Of a stretch of 124,000 bases of DNA, positions 53,300 through 65,739 are shown in pieces. The position numbers were made by a program, and so were the translations under genes. The notes beneath the pieces were generated by a model. It saw only the letters and a list, made by a program, of their open reading frames with translations. It ran no database searches and was not told the origin of the DNA. How positions within the stretch are numbered: the stretch's first letter is position 1; each line of letters opens with the position of its first letter. This DNA comes from Wallemia ichthyophaga EXF-994 (taxonomy: Eukaryota; Fungi; Basidiomycota), in NCBI RefSeq assembly GCF_000400465.1, contig NW_008806281.1, positions 20,001-144,000 of the forward strand, given 5' to 3'.

Positions 53300-54369
53300 C
53301 CTGAAGGAGATGGAAACCATATTACCCTATCCTTTCGTGCCGTGGGTACCTGCAACACTAAGCTTTTCACAAGCAGAGAATAAGGAACGAGCAAAAGCAG
53401 AGAATATGGAATTATGCAATCAGTACAATATGTCATGGTACATCTACACAGATGGATCTCTAGCTTAGGGGCAAGTTGCGCCAGGCTATGCAGCTAAGCT
53501 TCCACACAGACGAGACTGGTTTAGCTCATCATACAAACGGGGTCCTGACAGCAAATTCACAATTTACGAAGCAGAGTTATTGGGAGTATATCTCGCTTTA
53601 GAATGGATCGAGGAAGAGTTGATACCGCCAGTAGTCTTTATCAATAGCGACAGTCAGGCGGTACTTTCGGAGATCGTTCAATTGCAATCAACAAAGACAG
53701 GCCAATATTTGATAAAACCAGTCCTTGACAAAATTGATTGGATTAAACGAACGAAGGGAAAAAGACTTTGTTGTCCAATTAAACTGGATCCCACGACATG
53801 TGGATATTTACGGTAACGAACTAGCGGACAGAACCGCTAACGAGGGTTGGACACGGCCGACCCACCGGACTATGTGGAGTCAACTAACACTCAAAACTTC
53901 ATACTCTGCAATGCGACGCAGAATGCGCGAGCGCTATACAGCATCCCTAAAAGTAGAAGCCTCCAAAATATCAGACATTAAGTCCAACGCCGCAAAAACA
54001 TCAGCTGGAAGGCTGACAGCAGCAAAAACGGCCAAGATATTCAATGAACTGCCCAGAGCAACGAGATGCCTAGCCACCCAGCTACGGTCAGGGCATTACC
54101 CTACGACTAAGTCTTACCGTTACCGGTTCCGACTGATTGATTCACCTAAATGCCGTGCATGTGGCACAGAGGACAACATCTCCCATAGAATCTTCATATG
54201 CAGAAAACATACAATGACCAGAATCACGTTAAGAAGAAAGATTACCAAGATCAATATTCAGTTCGACTTAGGTCCAATACTCAGAAACGCACACTCTATT
54301 CAAGTCCTTTACGAGTTCTTCAAACCGCAATTAAATACGTACCAAAGATACTTCGGTGGTTCAGTGTAA
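53300..54369 (+). mobile_element. 5'-truncated, disabled non-LTR (LINE, Tad1/I-like) retrotransposon: RNase H plus C-terminal CCHC knuckle
   Basis: YIYTDGS, YEAEL, NSDSQ, LNWIPRH, GNELAD, CRACGTEDNISHRIFIC; in-frame TAG and a frameshift; no RT domain. Confidence 0.9.
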
Positions 54370-54699
54370 TTGAGAACCACCACCAATTTACATATTACGA
54401 CGCTAGTCAAGAAACGCTTCCAGTAAATTCGGAACCCCCTTTGACTCCTCATGCTTTAAGAAGTATTGATGGATGCAGTTTATAACATGTATCGTCTTAA
54501 AATATAATCAGATTTCATCATCATCATACCCCGTCGGACGTTTATCTTTGGACGGCACGTGAGAGTATAATTGACGACGTTACGCAGCAGAATGATCGCA
54601 CTTGGAATAATGTTCGATTGGGAGCGATACGTAACCTTGCACAGAACATACAAGCACTTCACGAGAGAGGCCACGTCCTCGTAGCTCATCTTTCCATTT

Positions 54700-55260
54700 G
54701 ATGCACACTGAAGTGCTAAAAGCTTCCTGCTCATCTTCTCCTACAAACAAAAAGGATTGTGACCATCTCTACTCATGTAATTTCGCTCATTTGTAATTAA
54801 TATTACGATTGAGAGGTACACAATCTTTTCATCCTCCGACCAAAGCCCCTTGCGTCTTTCTGGACAAGCAAACATCCGGTGGTAGCACTCGATGGCTGAA
54901 CGCTTGGAAATGTGCGATATCACTATCCAACAAGCTTCAAGCTGGACTGGTGCACTGAGCACGGGTTGGTTGATTGCAGTGCTTCAAATGTCTCACTCAC
55001 TCTACTAACCTATCATTCTTGTGTTTCGTCCAGACTCCTTTGTTTGCATAAGGATGCTATCGAGTTCGAACATAAGTGTATACACTTGCTAGCACTCTGT
55101 GTGAGACACACTCAGCAAGGTCATACCAGAAGTTGTCTCTGTTTTGTTGTTGCTCACTTTGTAGTTGCTGATGCAGTCATAGTCGATCCTCCTCTCTTCT
55201 TCGTTGAATGCAGAAATCAAACATCCTCTCCACAAACTTTTTCCACGCCAAGGGTATTTC
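54700..55260 (-). pseudogene. Reb1/TTF1-like Myb-repeat gene relic
   Basis: FNEEE..I, FWYDLAECVSHRVLASVYTYVRTR*HPYANKGVW, W..IS...KRSAIECYHR, RKGLWSEDE; premature TAG at 55057-55059. Confidence 0.65.
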
Positions 55261-55673
55261 TATGACTCATTTTAGTCTTTATCTTTAATTGCTATACTTT
55301 CAAATCAGAGTCACAGGAATGCAAGACAACAATATAAAAAGTGTAAATGAACGCAGATTTTACATTTTATCGCTTTAAATATGCATTTGAGTTTACAAAT
55401 TTTTTGAGGTTTCGTTGCAGAACATTTTCAAAGTGGGGGCGCCGCTGTAGCCATTCAAAATTCCACTGCGAGAGACTTTGCGTGAAGGCGTTTATACGCT
55501 CCTGGATAAAGCAATCCAACGCTACCTCTTCAAAAAACAGCGCGCAATCCGTAGTGAATTTCCATCACTTCCACACACTCTCCCTCTAATCCACAACCAA
55601 AAATTGGCCGGTTCGTTATTGAAAAACAAAATAATTGAGTGAATGTTTGAAAAGTTAATGGAAATACATAAAT

Positions 55674-58600
55674 CTACCAAGCTCTTCCTTGGTTTTTGCG
55701 CTTGTTTCTAAGTTTAAACTTTCTGACATTGTGTCGATCTTGAAGTTGTCGTGATGTTGTATGGGTCGATAGGGCATGTGGAGCTTCTTCGCCATGTTGC
55801 TGTTCTTGCGACTGCTTTTCCTGGCTACGTACCAGTTTTGTCCACATCGTAGCGAATAAACCATTCGAATTGAGAAGCTGAGATTCTGTACCGCTCTCAA
55901 TAACCTTACCGCCTTGAATGTAGAATATCACATCTGACTTGGTGATTGTTGAGATCCTGTTCGAGATAATAATTGTCGTTCTAGTTACGCTCAACTCCGC
56001 AAACAAAGCTTGGATCTCCTTCTCGGTGTCATCATCCAACTCCAAGCTAGTCACATCGAAGCAGAAGATTGGTGCATCTTTCAACAATGCTCTAGCTATG
56101 GCTATACGCAATTTATCACCACCGTTCAATGTGATACCTTCATCACCGATTCTGGTATCGTAGCCGTATTGGAATGAAAGTACCTTGTCGTGTAACTTAG
56201 CAACTTTACAGGCGCTTACGATCTCTTCCTTAGTAGCGCTTTCGTTACCATACTTTAAGTTGAAGGTGAAGGTCTCGTTGAATAATGGGCAAACTTGCGA
56301 GATGATGGCAATGTGTTTTCTGAGTGACTGAAGCTTCATGTCTCTGACATCAATACCATTAATGCTGATAGAACCTTTGCCGACATCGTGGAAGCGATAA
56401 AGCAAGTCTAATATCGTATTATTTCCACTGTCACCGTCACTGAAGAGCGTAATGGTCTTGCCAGTGGGAACTTCAAACGATAAGCCTTGCAGTGCATTGT
56501 CAGAGTCGTAGCTGAAAACGACATTATCGAATTTAATGACAGGTTGGCGAGTATCGAACGTGATGGCGTCAGGCTTATCAGAAACAAAGCTAAACCAGTC
56601 AAGTGACTCGATCAAAAAATTACCACCGAAGACAGAAACACCGTTGAAAATACTATCAAACTTGGAAGGGTACTCGACATCTGGCTGTGACTGGTCCTGT
56701 TTAGAAGATTCTGACAAGTCTATAAGCCTTCTGACACAATCTGTAATGCTAACAAACTCACCGTTACGGGCTTCGGTCTCTGCCTGCTTTGGATCACCTG
56801 GAGGACCATCTGACTCGTCAGATGAGGAAGAATCATCTGAAATATTTTTGACGGTTTTGTCAGAATCGCTGTCGTTATCCTCATCTTGAAGGTTCGTCCC
56901 TTCACCCTCTAGCAACTTAGGACGGCGTTGAGGAGAATTCGACGAGTCAGAAGAAGAATCATCTGAAGCATTCTTAATGGTCCTGTCTGAATCGCTGTCT
57001 TCTTCATCTTCCAACGGCCCTTCGACGTCATCACCTAAATGCTTCAGGTTGGCTTGCACATCAGACGTTGATGACCCAAGTAAAACATCACTGTAAGTAC
57101 TCCAACGCGTTCCAACTTGATCATTTACGACCTGATGATCTTGGGAAGGTCCTGAGAAATGAATAAGCTTTTAGTCAATCCAGAAAAAGCAAAAGAACAT
57201 ACCCTTTGGGTCTTTGCCGCCAATATGCTTCTCCTGGCTACGTACCAGTTTTGTCCACATCGTAGCGAATAAACCATTCGAATTGAGAAGCTGAGATTCT
57301 GTACCGCTCTCAATAACCTTACCGCCTTGAATGTAGAATATCACATCTGACTTGGTGATTGTTGAGATCCTGTTCGAGATAATAATTGTCGTTCTAGTTA
57401 CGCTCAACTCCGCAAACAAAGCTTGGATCTCCTTCTCGGTGTCATCATCCAACTCCAAGCTAGTCACATCGAAGCAGAAGATTGGTGCATCTTTCAACAA
57501 TGCTCTAGCTATGGCTATACGCAATTTATCACCACCGTTCAATGTGATACCTTCATCACCGATTCTGGTATCGTAGCCGTATTGGAATGAAAGTACCTTG
57601 TCGTGTAACTTAGCAACTTTACAGGCGCTTACGATCTCTTCCTTAGTAGCGCTTTCGTTACCATACTTTAAGTTGAAGGTGAAGGTCTCGTTGAATAATG
57701 GGCAAACTTGCGAGATGATGGCAATGTGTTTTCTGAGTGACTGAAGCTTCATGTCTCTGACATCAATACCATTAATGCTGATAGAACCTTTGCCGACATC
57801 GTGGAAGCGATAAAGCAAGTCTAATATCGTATTATTTCCACTGTCACCGTCACTGAAGAGCGTAATGGTCTTGCCAGTGGGAACTTCAAACGATAAGCCT
57901 TGCAGTGCATTGTCAGAGTCGTAGCTGAAAACGACATTATCGAATTTAATGACAGGTTGGCGAGTATCGAACGTGATGGCGTCAGGCTTATCAGAAACAA
58001 AGCTAAACCAGTCAAGTGACTCGATCAAAAAATTACCACCGAAGACAGAAACACCGTTGAATATACTACCATAATGACCAGGAAGCTCGAAAAGTGGTTG
58101 TTTCACGTCCAGGTTTGGCAGATGAACCCTCTTGAAAGACCAGTCAATCTTGCCATGGTCCTCACGAGGTTGCTTGACGTCTGGTTGCTTCACATCGACG
58201 TGTGGCTGATCAACCTTTTTGAAGTTCCCGTCAACCTTGCCATGGTCCTCACGAGATTGCTTGACGTCTGGTTGCTTCACATCGACGTGTGGCTGATCAA
58301 CCTTTTTGAAGTTCCCGTCAACCTTGCCATGGTCCTCACGAGATTGCTTGACGTCTGGTTGCTTCACATCGACGTGTGGCTGATCAACCTTTTTGAAGTT
58401 CCCGTCAACCTTGCCATGGTCCTCACGAGATTGCTTGACGTCTGGTTGCTTCACATCGACGTGTGGCTGATCAACCTTTTTGAAGTTCCCGTCAACCTTG
58501 CCATGGTCCTCACGAGATTGCTTGACGTCTGGTTGCTTCACATCGACGTGTGGCTGATCAACCTTTTTGAAGTTCCCGTCAACCTTGCCATGGTCCTCAC

Positions 58601-61600
58601 GAGATTGCTTGACGTCTGGTTGCTTCACATCGACGTGTGGCTGATCAACCTTTTTGAAGTTCCCGTCAACCTTGCCATGGTCCTCACGAGATTGCTTGAC
58701 GTCTGGTTGCTTCACATCGACGTGTGGCTGATCAACCTTTTTGAAGTTCCCGTCAACCTTGCCATGGTCCTCACGAGATTGCTTGACGTCTGGTTGCTTC
58801 ACATCGACGTGTGGCTGATCAACCTTTTTGAAGTTCCCGTCAACCTTGCCATGGTCCTCACGAGATTGCTTGACGTCTGGTTGCTTCACATCGACGTGTG
58901 GCTGATCAACCTTTTTGAAGTTCCCGTCAACCTTGCCATGGTCCTCACGAGATTGCTTGACGTCTGGTTGCTTCACATCGACGTGTGGCTGATCAACCTT
59001 TTTGAAGTTCCCGTCAACCTTGCCATGGTCCTCACGAGATTGCTTGACGTCTGGTTGCTTCACATCGACGTGTGGCTGATCAACCTTTTTGAAGTTCCCG
59101 TCAACCTTGCCATGGTCCTCACGAGATTGCTTGACGTCTGGTTGCTTCTTGTCGACCTTAGGAGATTCTAAAACGTCTATAAGCTTGGTTGAGAATTTCA
59201 AACTATAATTAAACTCACCATCAACCTTGCCATGGTCCTCACGAGGTTGCTTGACGTCTGGTTGCTTCACATCGACGTGTGGCTGGTCAACCTTTTTGTA
59301 GTTCACGTCAACCTTGCCATGGTCCTCACGCGATTGCTTGACGTTTGGTTGCTTCTTGTCGACCTTCGACTTGTCTTCTGTACCACCTACCAGCTTTGTC
59401 CACATCCTAGCGAATAAACCATTCGAATTGAGAAGCTGAGATTCTGTACCGCTCTCAATAACCTTACCGCCTTGAATGTAGAATATCACATCTGACTTGG
59501 TGATTGTTGAGATCCTGTTCGAGATAATAATTGTCGTTCTAGTTACGCTCAACTCCGCAAACAAAGCTTGGATCTCCTTCTCGGTGTCATCATCCAACTC
59601 CAAGCTAGTCACATCGAAGCAGAAGATTGGTGCATCTTTCAACAATGCTCTAGCTATGGCTATACGCAATTTATCACCACCGTTCAATGTGATACCTTCA
59701 TCACCGATTCTGGTATCGTAGCCGTATTGGAATGAAAGTACCTTGTCGTGTAACTTAGCAACTTTACAGGCGCTTACGATCTCTTCCTTAGTAGCGCTTT
59801 CGTTACCATACTTTAAGTTGAAGGTGAAGGTCTCGTTGAATAATGGGCAAACTTGCGAGATGATGGCAATGTGTTTTCTGAGTGACTGAAGCTTCATGTC
59901 TCTGACATCAATACCATTAATGCTGATAGAACCTTTGCCGACATCGTGGAAGCGATAAAGCAAGTCTAATATCGTATTATTTCCACTGTCACCGTCACTG
60001 AAGAGCGTAATGGTCTTGCCAGTGGGAACTTCAAACGATAAGCCTTGCAGTGCATTGTCAGAGTCGTAGCTGAAAACGACATTATCGAATTTAATGACAG
60101 GTTGGCGAGTATCGAACGTGATGGCGTCAGGCTTATCAGAAACAAAGCTAAACCAGTCAAGTGACTCGATCAAAAAATTACCACCGAAGACAGAAACACC
60201 GTTGAATATACTACCATAATGACCAGGAAGCTCGAAAAGTGGTTGTTTCACGTCCAGGTTTGGCAGATGAACCCTCTTGAAAGACCAGTCAATCTTGCCA
60301 TGGTCCTCACGAGATTGCTTGACGTCTGGTTGCTTCACATCGACGTGTGGCTGATCAACCTTTTTGTAGTTCACGTCAACCTTGCCATGGTCCTCACGCG
60401 ATTGCTTGACGTCTGGTTGCTTCACATCGACGTGTGGCTGATCAACCTTTTTGTAGTTCACGTCAACCTTGCCATGGTCCTCACGCGATTGCTTGACGTC
60501 TGGTTGCTTCACATCGACGTGTGGCTGATCAACCTTTTTGTAGTTCACGTCAACCTTGCCATGGTCCTCACGCGATTGCTTGACGTCTGGTTGCTTCACA
60601 TCGACGTGTGGCTGATCAACCTTTTTGTAGTTCACGTCAACCTTGCCATGGTCCTCACGCGATTGCTTGACGTCTGGTTGCTTCACATCGACGTGTGGCT
60701 GATCAACCTTTTTGTAGTTCACGTCAACCTTGCCATGGTCCTCACGCGATTGCTTGACGTCTGGTTGCTTCACATCGACGTGTGGCTGATCAACCTTTTT
60801 GTAGTTCACGTCAACCTTGCCATGGTCCTCACGCGATTGCTTGACGTTTGGTTGCTTCTTGTCGACCTTCGACTTGTCTTCTGTACCACCTACCAGCTTT
60901 GTCCACATCCTAGCGAATAAACCATTCGAATTGAGAAGCTGAGATTCTGTACCGCTCTCAATAACCTTACCGCCTTGAATGTAGAATATCACATCTGACT
61001 TGGTGATTGTTGAGATCCTGTTCGAGATAATAATTGTCGTTCTAGTTACGCTCAACTCCGCAAACAAAGCTTGGATCTCCTTCTCGGTGTCATCATCCAA
61101 CTCCAAGCTAGTCACATCGAAGCAGAAGATTGGTGCATCTTTCAACAATGCTCTAGCTATGGCTATACGCAATTTATCACCACCGTTCAATGTGATACCT
61201 TCATCACCGATTCTGGTATCGTAGCCGTATTGGAATGAAAGTACCTTGTCGTGTAACTTAGCAACTTTACAGGCGCTTACGATCTCTTCCTTAGTAGCGC
61301 TTTCGTTACCATACTTTAAGTTGAAGGTGAAGGTCTCGTTGAATAATGGGCAAACTTGCGAGATGATGGCAATGTGTTTTCTGAGTGACTGAAGCTTCAT
61401 GTCTCTGACATCAATACCATTAATGCTGATAGAACCTTTGCCGACATCGTGGAAGCGATAAAGCAAGTCTAATATCGTATTATTTCCACTGTCACCGTCA
61501 CTGAAGAGCGTAATGGTCTTGCCAGTGGGAACTTCAAACGATAAGCCTTGCAGTGCATTGTCAGAGTCGTAGCTGAAAACGACATTATCGAATTTAATGA

Positions 61601-64600
61601 CAGGTTGGCGAGTATCGAACGTGATGGCGTCAGGCTTATCAGAAACAAAGCTAAACCAGTCAAGTGACTCGATCAAAAAATTACCACCGAAGACAGAAAC
61701 ACCGTTGAATATACTACCATAATGACCAGGAAGCTCGAAAAGTGGTTGTTTCACGTCCAGGTTTGGCAGATGAACCCTCTTGAAAGACCAGTCAATCTTG
61801 CCATGGTCCTCACGAGGTTGCTTGACGTCTGGTTGCTTCACATCGACGTGTGGCTGATCAACCTTTTTGAAGTTCCCGTCAACCTTGCCATGGTCCTCAC
61901 GAGATTGCTTGACGTCTGGTTGCTTCACATCGACGTGTGGCTGATCAACCTTTTTGAAGTTCCCGTCAACCTTGCCATGGTCCTCACGAGATTGCTTGAC
62001 GTCTGGTTGCTTCACATCGACGTGTGGCTGATCAACCTTTTTGAAGTTCCCGTCAACCTTGCCATGGTCCTCACGAGATTGCTTGACGTCTGGTTGCTTC
62101 ACATCGACGTGTGGCTGATCAACCTTTTTGAAGTTCCCGTCAACCTTGCCATGGTCCTCACGAGATTGCTTGACGTCTGGTTGCTTCACATCGACGTGTG
62201 GCTGATCAACCTTTTTGAAGTTCCCGTCAACCTTGCCATGGTCCTCACGAGATTGCTTGACGTCTGGTTGCTTCACATCGACGTGTGGCTGATCAACCTT
62301 TTTGAAGTTCCCGTCAACCTTGCCATGGTCCTCACGAGATTGCTTGACGTCTGGTTGCTTCACATCGACGTGTGGCTGATCAACCTTTTTGAAGTTCCCG
62401 TCAACCTTGCCATGGTCCTCACGAGATTGCTTGACGTCTGGTTGCTTCACATCGACGTGTGGCTGATCAACCTTTTTGAAGTTCCCGTCAACCTTGCCAT
62501 GGTCCTCACGAGATTGCTTGACGTCTGGTTGCTTCACATCGACGTGTGGCTGATCAACCTTTTTGAAGTTCCCGTCAACCTTGCCATGGTCCTCACGAGA
62601 TTGCTTGACGTCTGGTTGCTTCACATCGACGTGTGGCTGATCAACCTTTTTGAAGTTCCCGTCAACCTTGCCATGGTCCTCACGAGATTGCTTGACGTCT
62701 GGTTGCTTCACATCGACGTGTGGCTGATCAACCTTTTTGAAGTTCCCGTCAACCTTGCCATGGTCCTCACGAGATTGCTTGACGTCTGGTTGCTTCTTGT
62801 CGACCTTAGGAGATTCTAAAACGTCTATAAGCTTGGTTGAGAATTTCAAACTATAATCAAACTCACCATCAATCTTGCCAGTGACTTTGCCATTGTAGGT
62901 GCGTTTGTATTCCCTGTAGTCTCTGTCAGCAGGCTGCTTCCCCTTTTCATCGACCTTTTCCTGGTGACGCTGGGTGGGTTTGCGTGTGTCTTTTTCTTCA
63001 TCATCATCTTCATCTGATCCTGAGTCTGAATCTGACGATGAATGGTCGTCCTCGTTACCTTTCTTAGCGCAGGTGCATTTCTTGCTTGTGCACTTGCCGC
63101 AATTGGAGCATCTCGAGCACTTAACGCCACTGCAGTAGCTGCAGTCCTTGAGGAGCTTAGGAAGATGATCGCCATCTTCAGTCTCACCCTCTACCTGTTT
63201 CTTCCACATGGTCGCAAACATGCCGTTAAGGCTGAGAAGGTGAGAGTGCGAACCGCTCTCAACGACGCGACCGTCCTGCACAAAGAGGATGAGGTCGGAT
63301 TTAGCGATAGTGGAGAGTCTATGAGCGATAATGATAGTAGTGCGACCCTGACTGAGCTCGTTGAATGCAGCCTGGATCTCGCGCTCTGTATTAGTATCGA
63401 GAGCCGACGTAGCCTCATCTAGACACAGTATAGGAGCGTCTTTGAGGAGAGCGCGTGCTATTGCAATGCGCTGTTTCTCCCCACCACTCAATCTTACGCC
63501 TCGCTCACCGACGCGCGTATCGTACCCGTCTTGGAAGGAGAGAATGCGCTCGTGCATCTGCGCCGCTTTCGCAGCCGATACTATCTCCGCATCTGTAGCA
63601 TCATCCTTGCCGTATTTCAAATTAAACGCGATGGATTCGTTGAAGAGGGCGCAATCTTGCGGTATGATGGCTATGAGACGACGTAGAGCATGTTGCTGCA
63701 TATCGCGCAAGTCTACCCCGTTGATAGTGATAGAACCCGCGTCGACGTCGTAGAAGCGGTAGAGAAGACGCAGAATAGTGCTTTTACCACTACCACTTTC
63801 ACCCACCAGAGCAACTGTCTGACCTGTAGGCACTTGGAACGACAAGTTATCGAGTGCGTATCCAGAACTATCATACCTGAACCCAACCCTATCGAATTTG
63901 ATGAGTGGTTGACGAGTGTGGAAAGCTACTGCGTTAGGCTTGTCGTTGATATCAGTGTGCTCGCTAAGCAGTTGCATTAGCTTCTCACTATCAACTAGAC
64001 TCGTATTAATCGAACGGTAAATCATCCCGAGATTGTTCAAAGGCACGTATAGCTGCTGGAGGAAAGTTAAGAACACTACCAGCTCTGCTGCATCAGATCG
64101 TCCTTGCGCTACTCCCGCACAAACCACTGCCGTACCCGCTGCTATACCCGAGACAATAATAACGTTCTGTGCCATGTTCAAAAGATACAGCGACGCTATC
64201 ACCTTTTTCTCCACCGCTTGGAAATTCTTGAAAGCGGTAGTGTAGCGACTGATTTCATGCGCTTCGGCTGTGAAATACTTGATCGTGTCGTAGTTGAGCA
64301 ATGCGTCCGTGTAGATCGCCCTTGTTATATTGTCCTTAGCGACGTAGTCGCGACGCTGCGCTGTGCGCCAGCGTGTGATAAGCACCGATATATACCCATA
64401 GAGGAACATGACAGACGCGATGATGAGCGACAACACCCCACCGAATTTGAAATAGAAGTAGCCGAGAGCGACACAGATATCGGCGACAGTGGGGAAGATA
64501 GAAAATAGAAGCATTTGGAAGAAGTTGTTCAAAGCTTGCCCCTTGTCGAGAATACGCAGAATCTCACCAGTCTTCCTGTGCGTGTGGAACGCCAGGCTAA

Positions 64601-65715
64601 GATTGAGGAGATGGGTGAAACAGTGAGTAGACATGTTCCGGTCTGTCCACTGTGTTATAGGAATCCAAGCGATGTTCTGGACTACTTGCAAAAGGCCTCC
64701 GGAGCCTTGGAAGAATCGAAGAGCGATATAAATGATCAAGTGCTTCCAAGGCGAGGAGTAGGAAGAGAGGTCTTCGACAACTTTACCCAACTGAATTGGA
64801 ACGAGAAGGTTGATATATCTACCGACAAGTAACAAAACAAGACAGAAGAAGGCAAGTGTTTGTAGGCGTGGTGAACCACGTGGCCAAAGGACATCACCGA
64901 GTTGATACATACGTTTCATGAACGCACCCATGCCAGCAGAAGGAGATTTGTCCTTTGCGTCGTGCGTAGCATCGTCACTAGTTGTGTCAGTTGTGTCAGT
65001 TGTGTCTTCGCTGGTTGCACCGTACTGTATAGAGTCGTTGAGCAAGGGAGAGTTCTCACCAGGCGCAGCATTGCCATGGCTGTCATACCTGACGAAGGTA
65101 GTAGTAACACCGCAAACAAGCAACGCACTTCCAATAGCAAGACATATGACGCGTAATGACTGAATCGCGATGTGTGCATATTCAATTGCAGGGAGATGCT
65201 TTGTATCTGTTCGAGTGAGATTGAGTACTAGAAACCAAAATAAACCCACCAGAATAAAATTTAAGATAGTCAATCCACGTAATAAGAAGACTCAATTCGA
65301 GGATTACCGATATAATGTAGAAAGATTGGACATAAGAGCAGATATTTTTATTTTTCTGGACCGCGTAGGCAATGGCAAGGGAACCAAAAGCATATGCTGC
65401 AGAAGCACCGATGCAATGCACGACGAGTGCCAGCCAGTGCTCGTATATGACTGGATTGCGATAAACAGATTTGAAGATAAAAAAGTGTAAAAAAGACGCG
65501 AGTAAATCAGCAAAGTAGGTAAATAGTACAGATTGCGTAATTACGAATAACCACACACGTCTGTATCTCTTTCGAGATGGCTGTGGATCTGGGGGGGAGA
65601 TATACACTCTAGCGAGACCAAATAAGACGACGGCATTGAGTAGAATAGGAATAGCATAGCGGGTAATTAGGATAACTTGCGGTGCAGCGCGCAATCCGAT
65701 TGCAATTACTGCCAT
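55674..65715 (-). CDS. HMT1: Giant HMT1/ABCB6-type ABC half-transporter (~3,300 aa) with repeat arrays and four extra degenerate NBDs
   Basis: TMD0-like N-terminus, TMD (RKTGEILRILD, DALLNYDTIKYF), canonical NBD (GESGSGKST, LSGGEKQR, LDEATSALD); introns near 65188-65230 and at 57152-57202 join three ORFs in frame. Confidence 0.85.
58150..59158. repeat. 87-bp tandem array, 11 full units (GNFKK variant), within HMT1
   Basis: Unit gatcaacctttttgaagttcccgtcaaccttgccatggtcctcacgagattgcttgacgtctggttgcttcacatcgacgtgtggct. Confidence 0.97.
60295..60870. repeat. 87-bp tandem array, 6 full units (VNYKK variant), within HMT1
   Basis: Same unit with tttgtagttcacgtc in place of ttgaagttcccgtc. Confidence 0.97.
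61798..62806. repeat. 87-bp tandem array, 11 full units (GNFKK variant), within HMT1
   Basis: Duplicate of the 58150-59158 array at a 3,648-bp offset. Confidence 0.97.
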
Positions 65716-65739
65716 GGTGGAGGTTTGGAGTCAACGTTC

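Noticed and set aside
58150-62806. CRISPR-like reading of the tandem arrays
   Set aside because: No unique spacers, the units are in-frame coding sequence, and the genome is eukaryotic.
58074-62819. Long hydrophobic antisense ORFs (365, 233 and 365 aa) over the 87-bp arrays
   Set aside because: They follow automatically from a stop-free repeat unit on the opposite strand of HMT1; no independent evidence of a gene.
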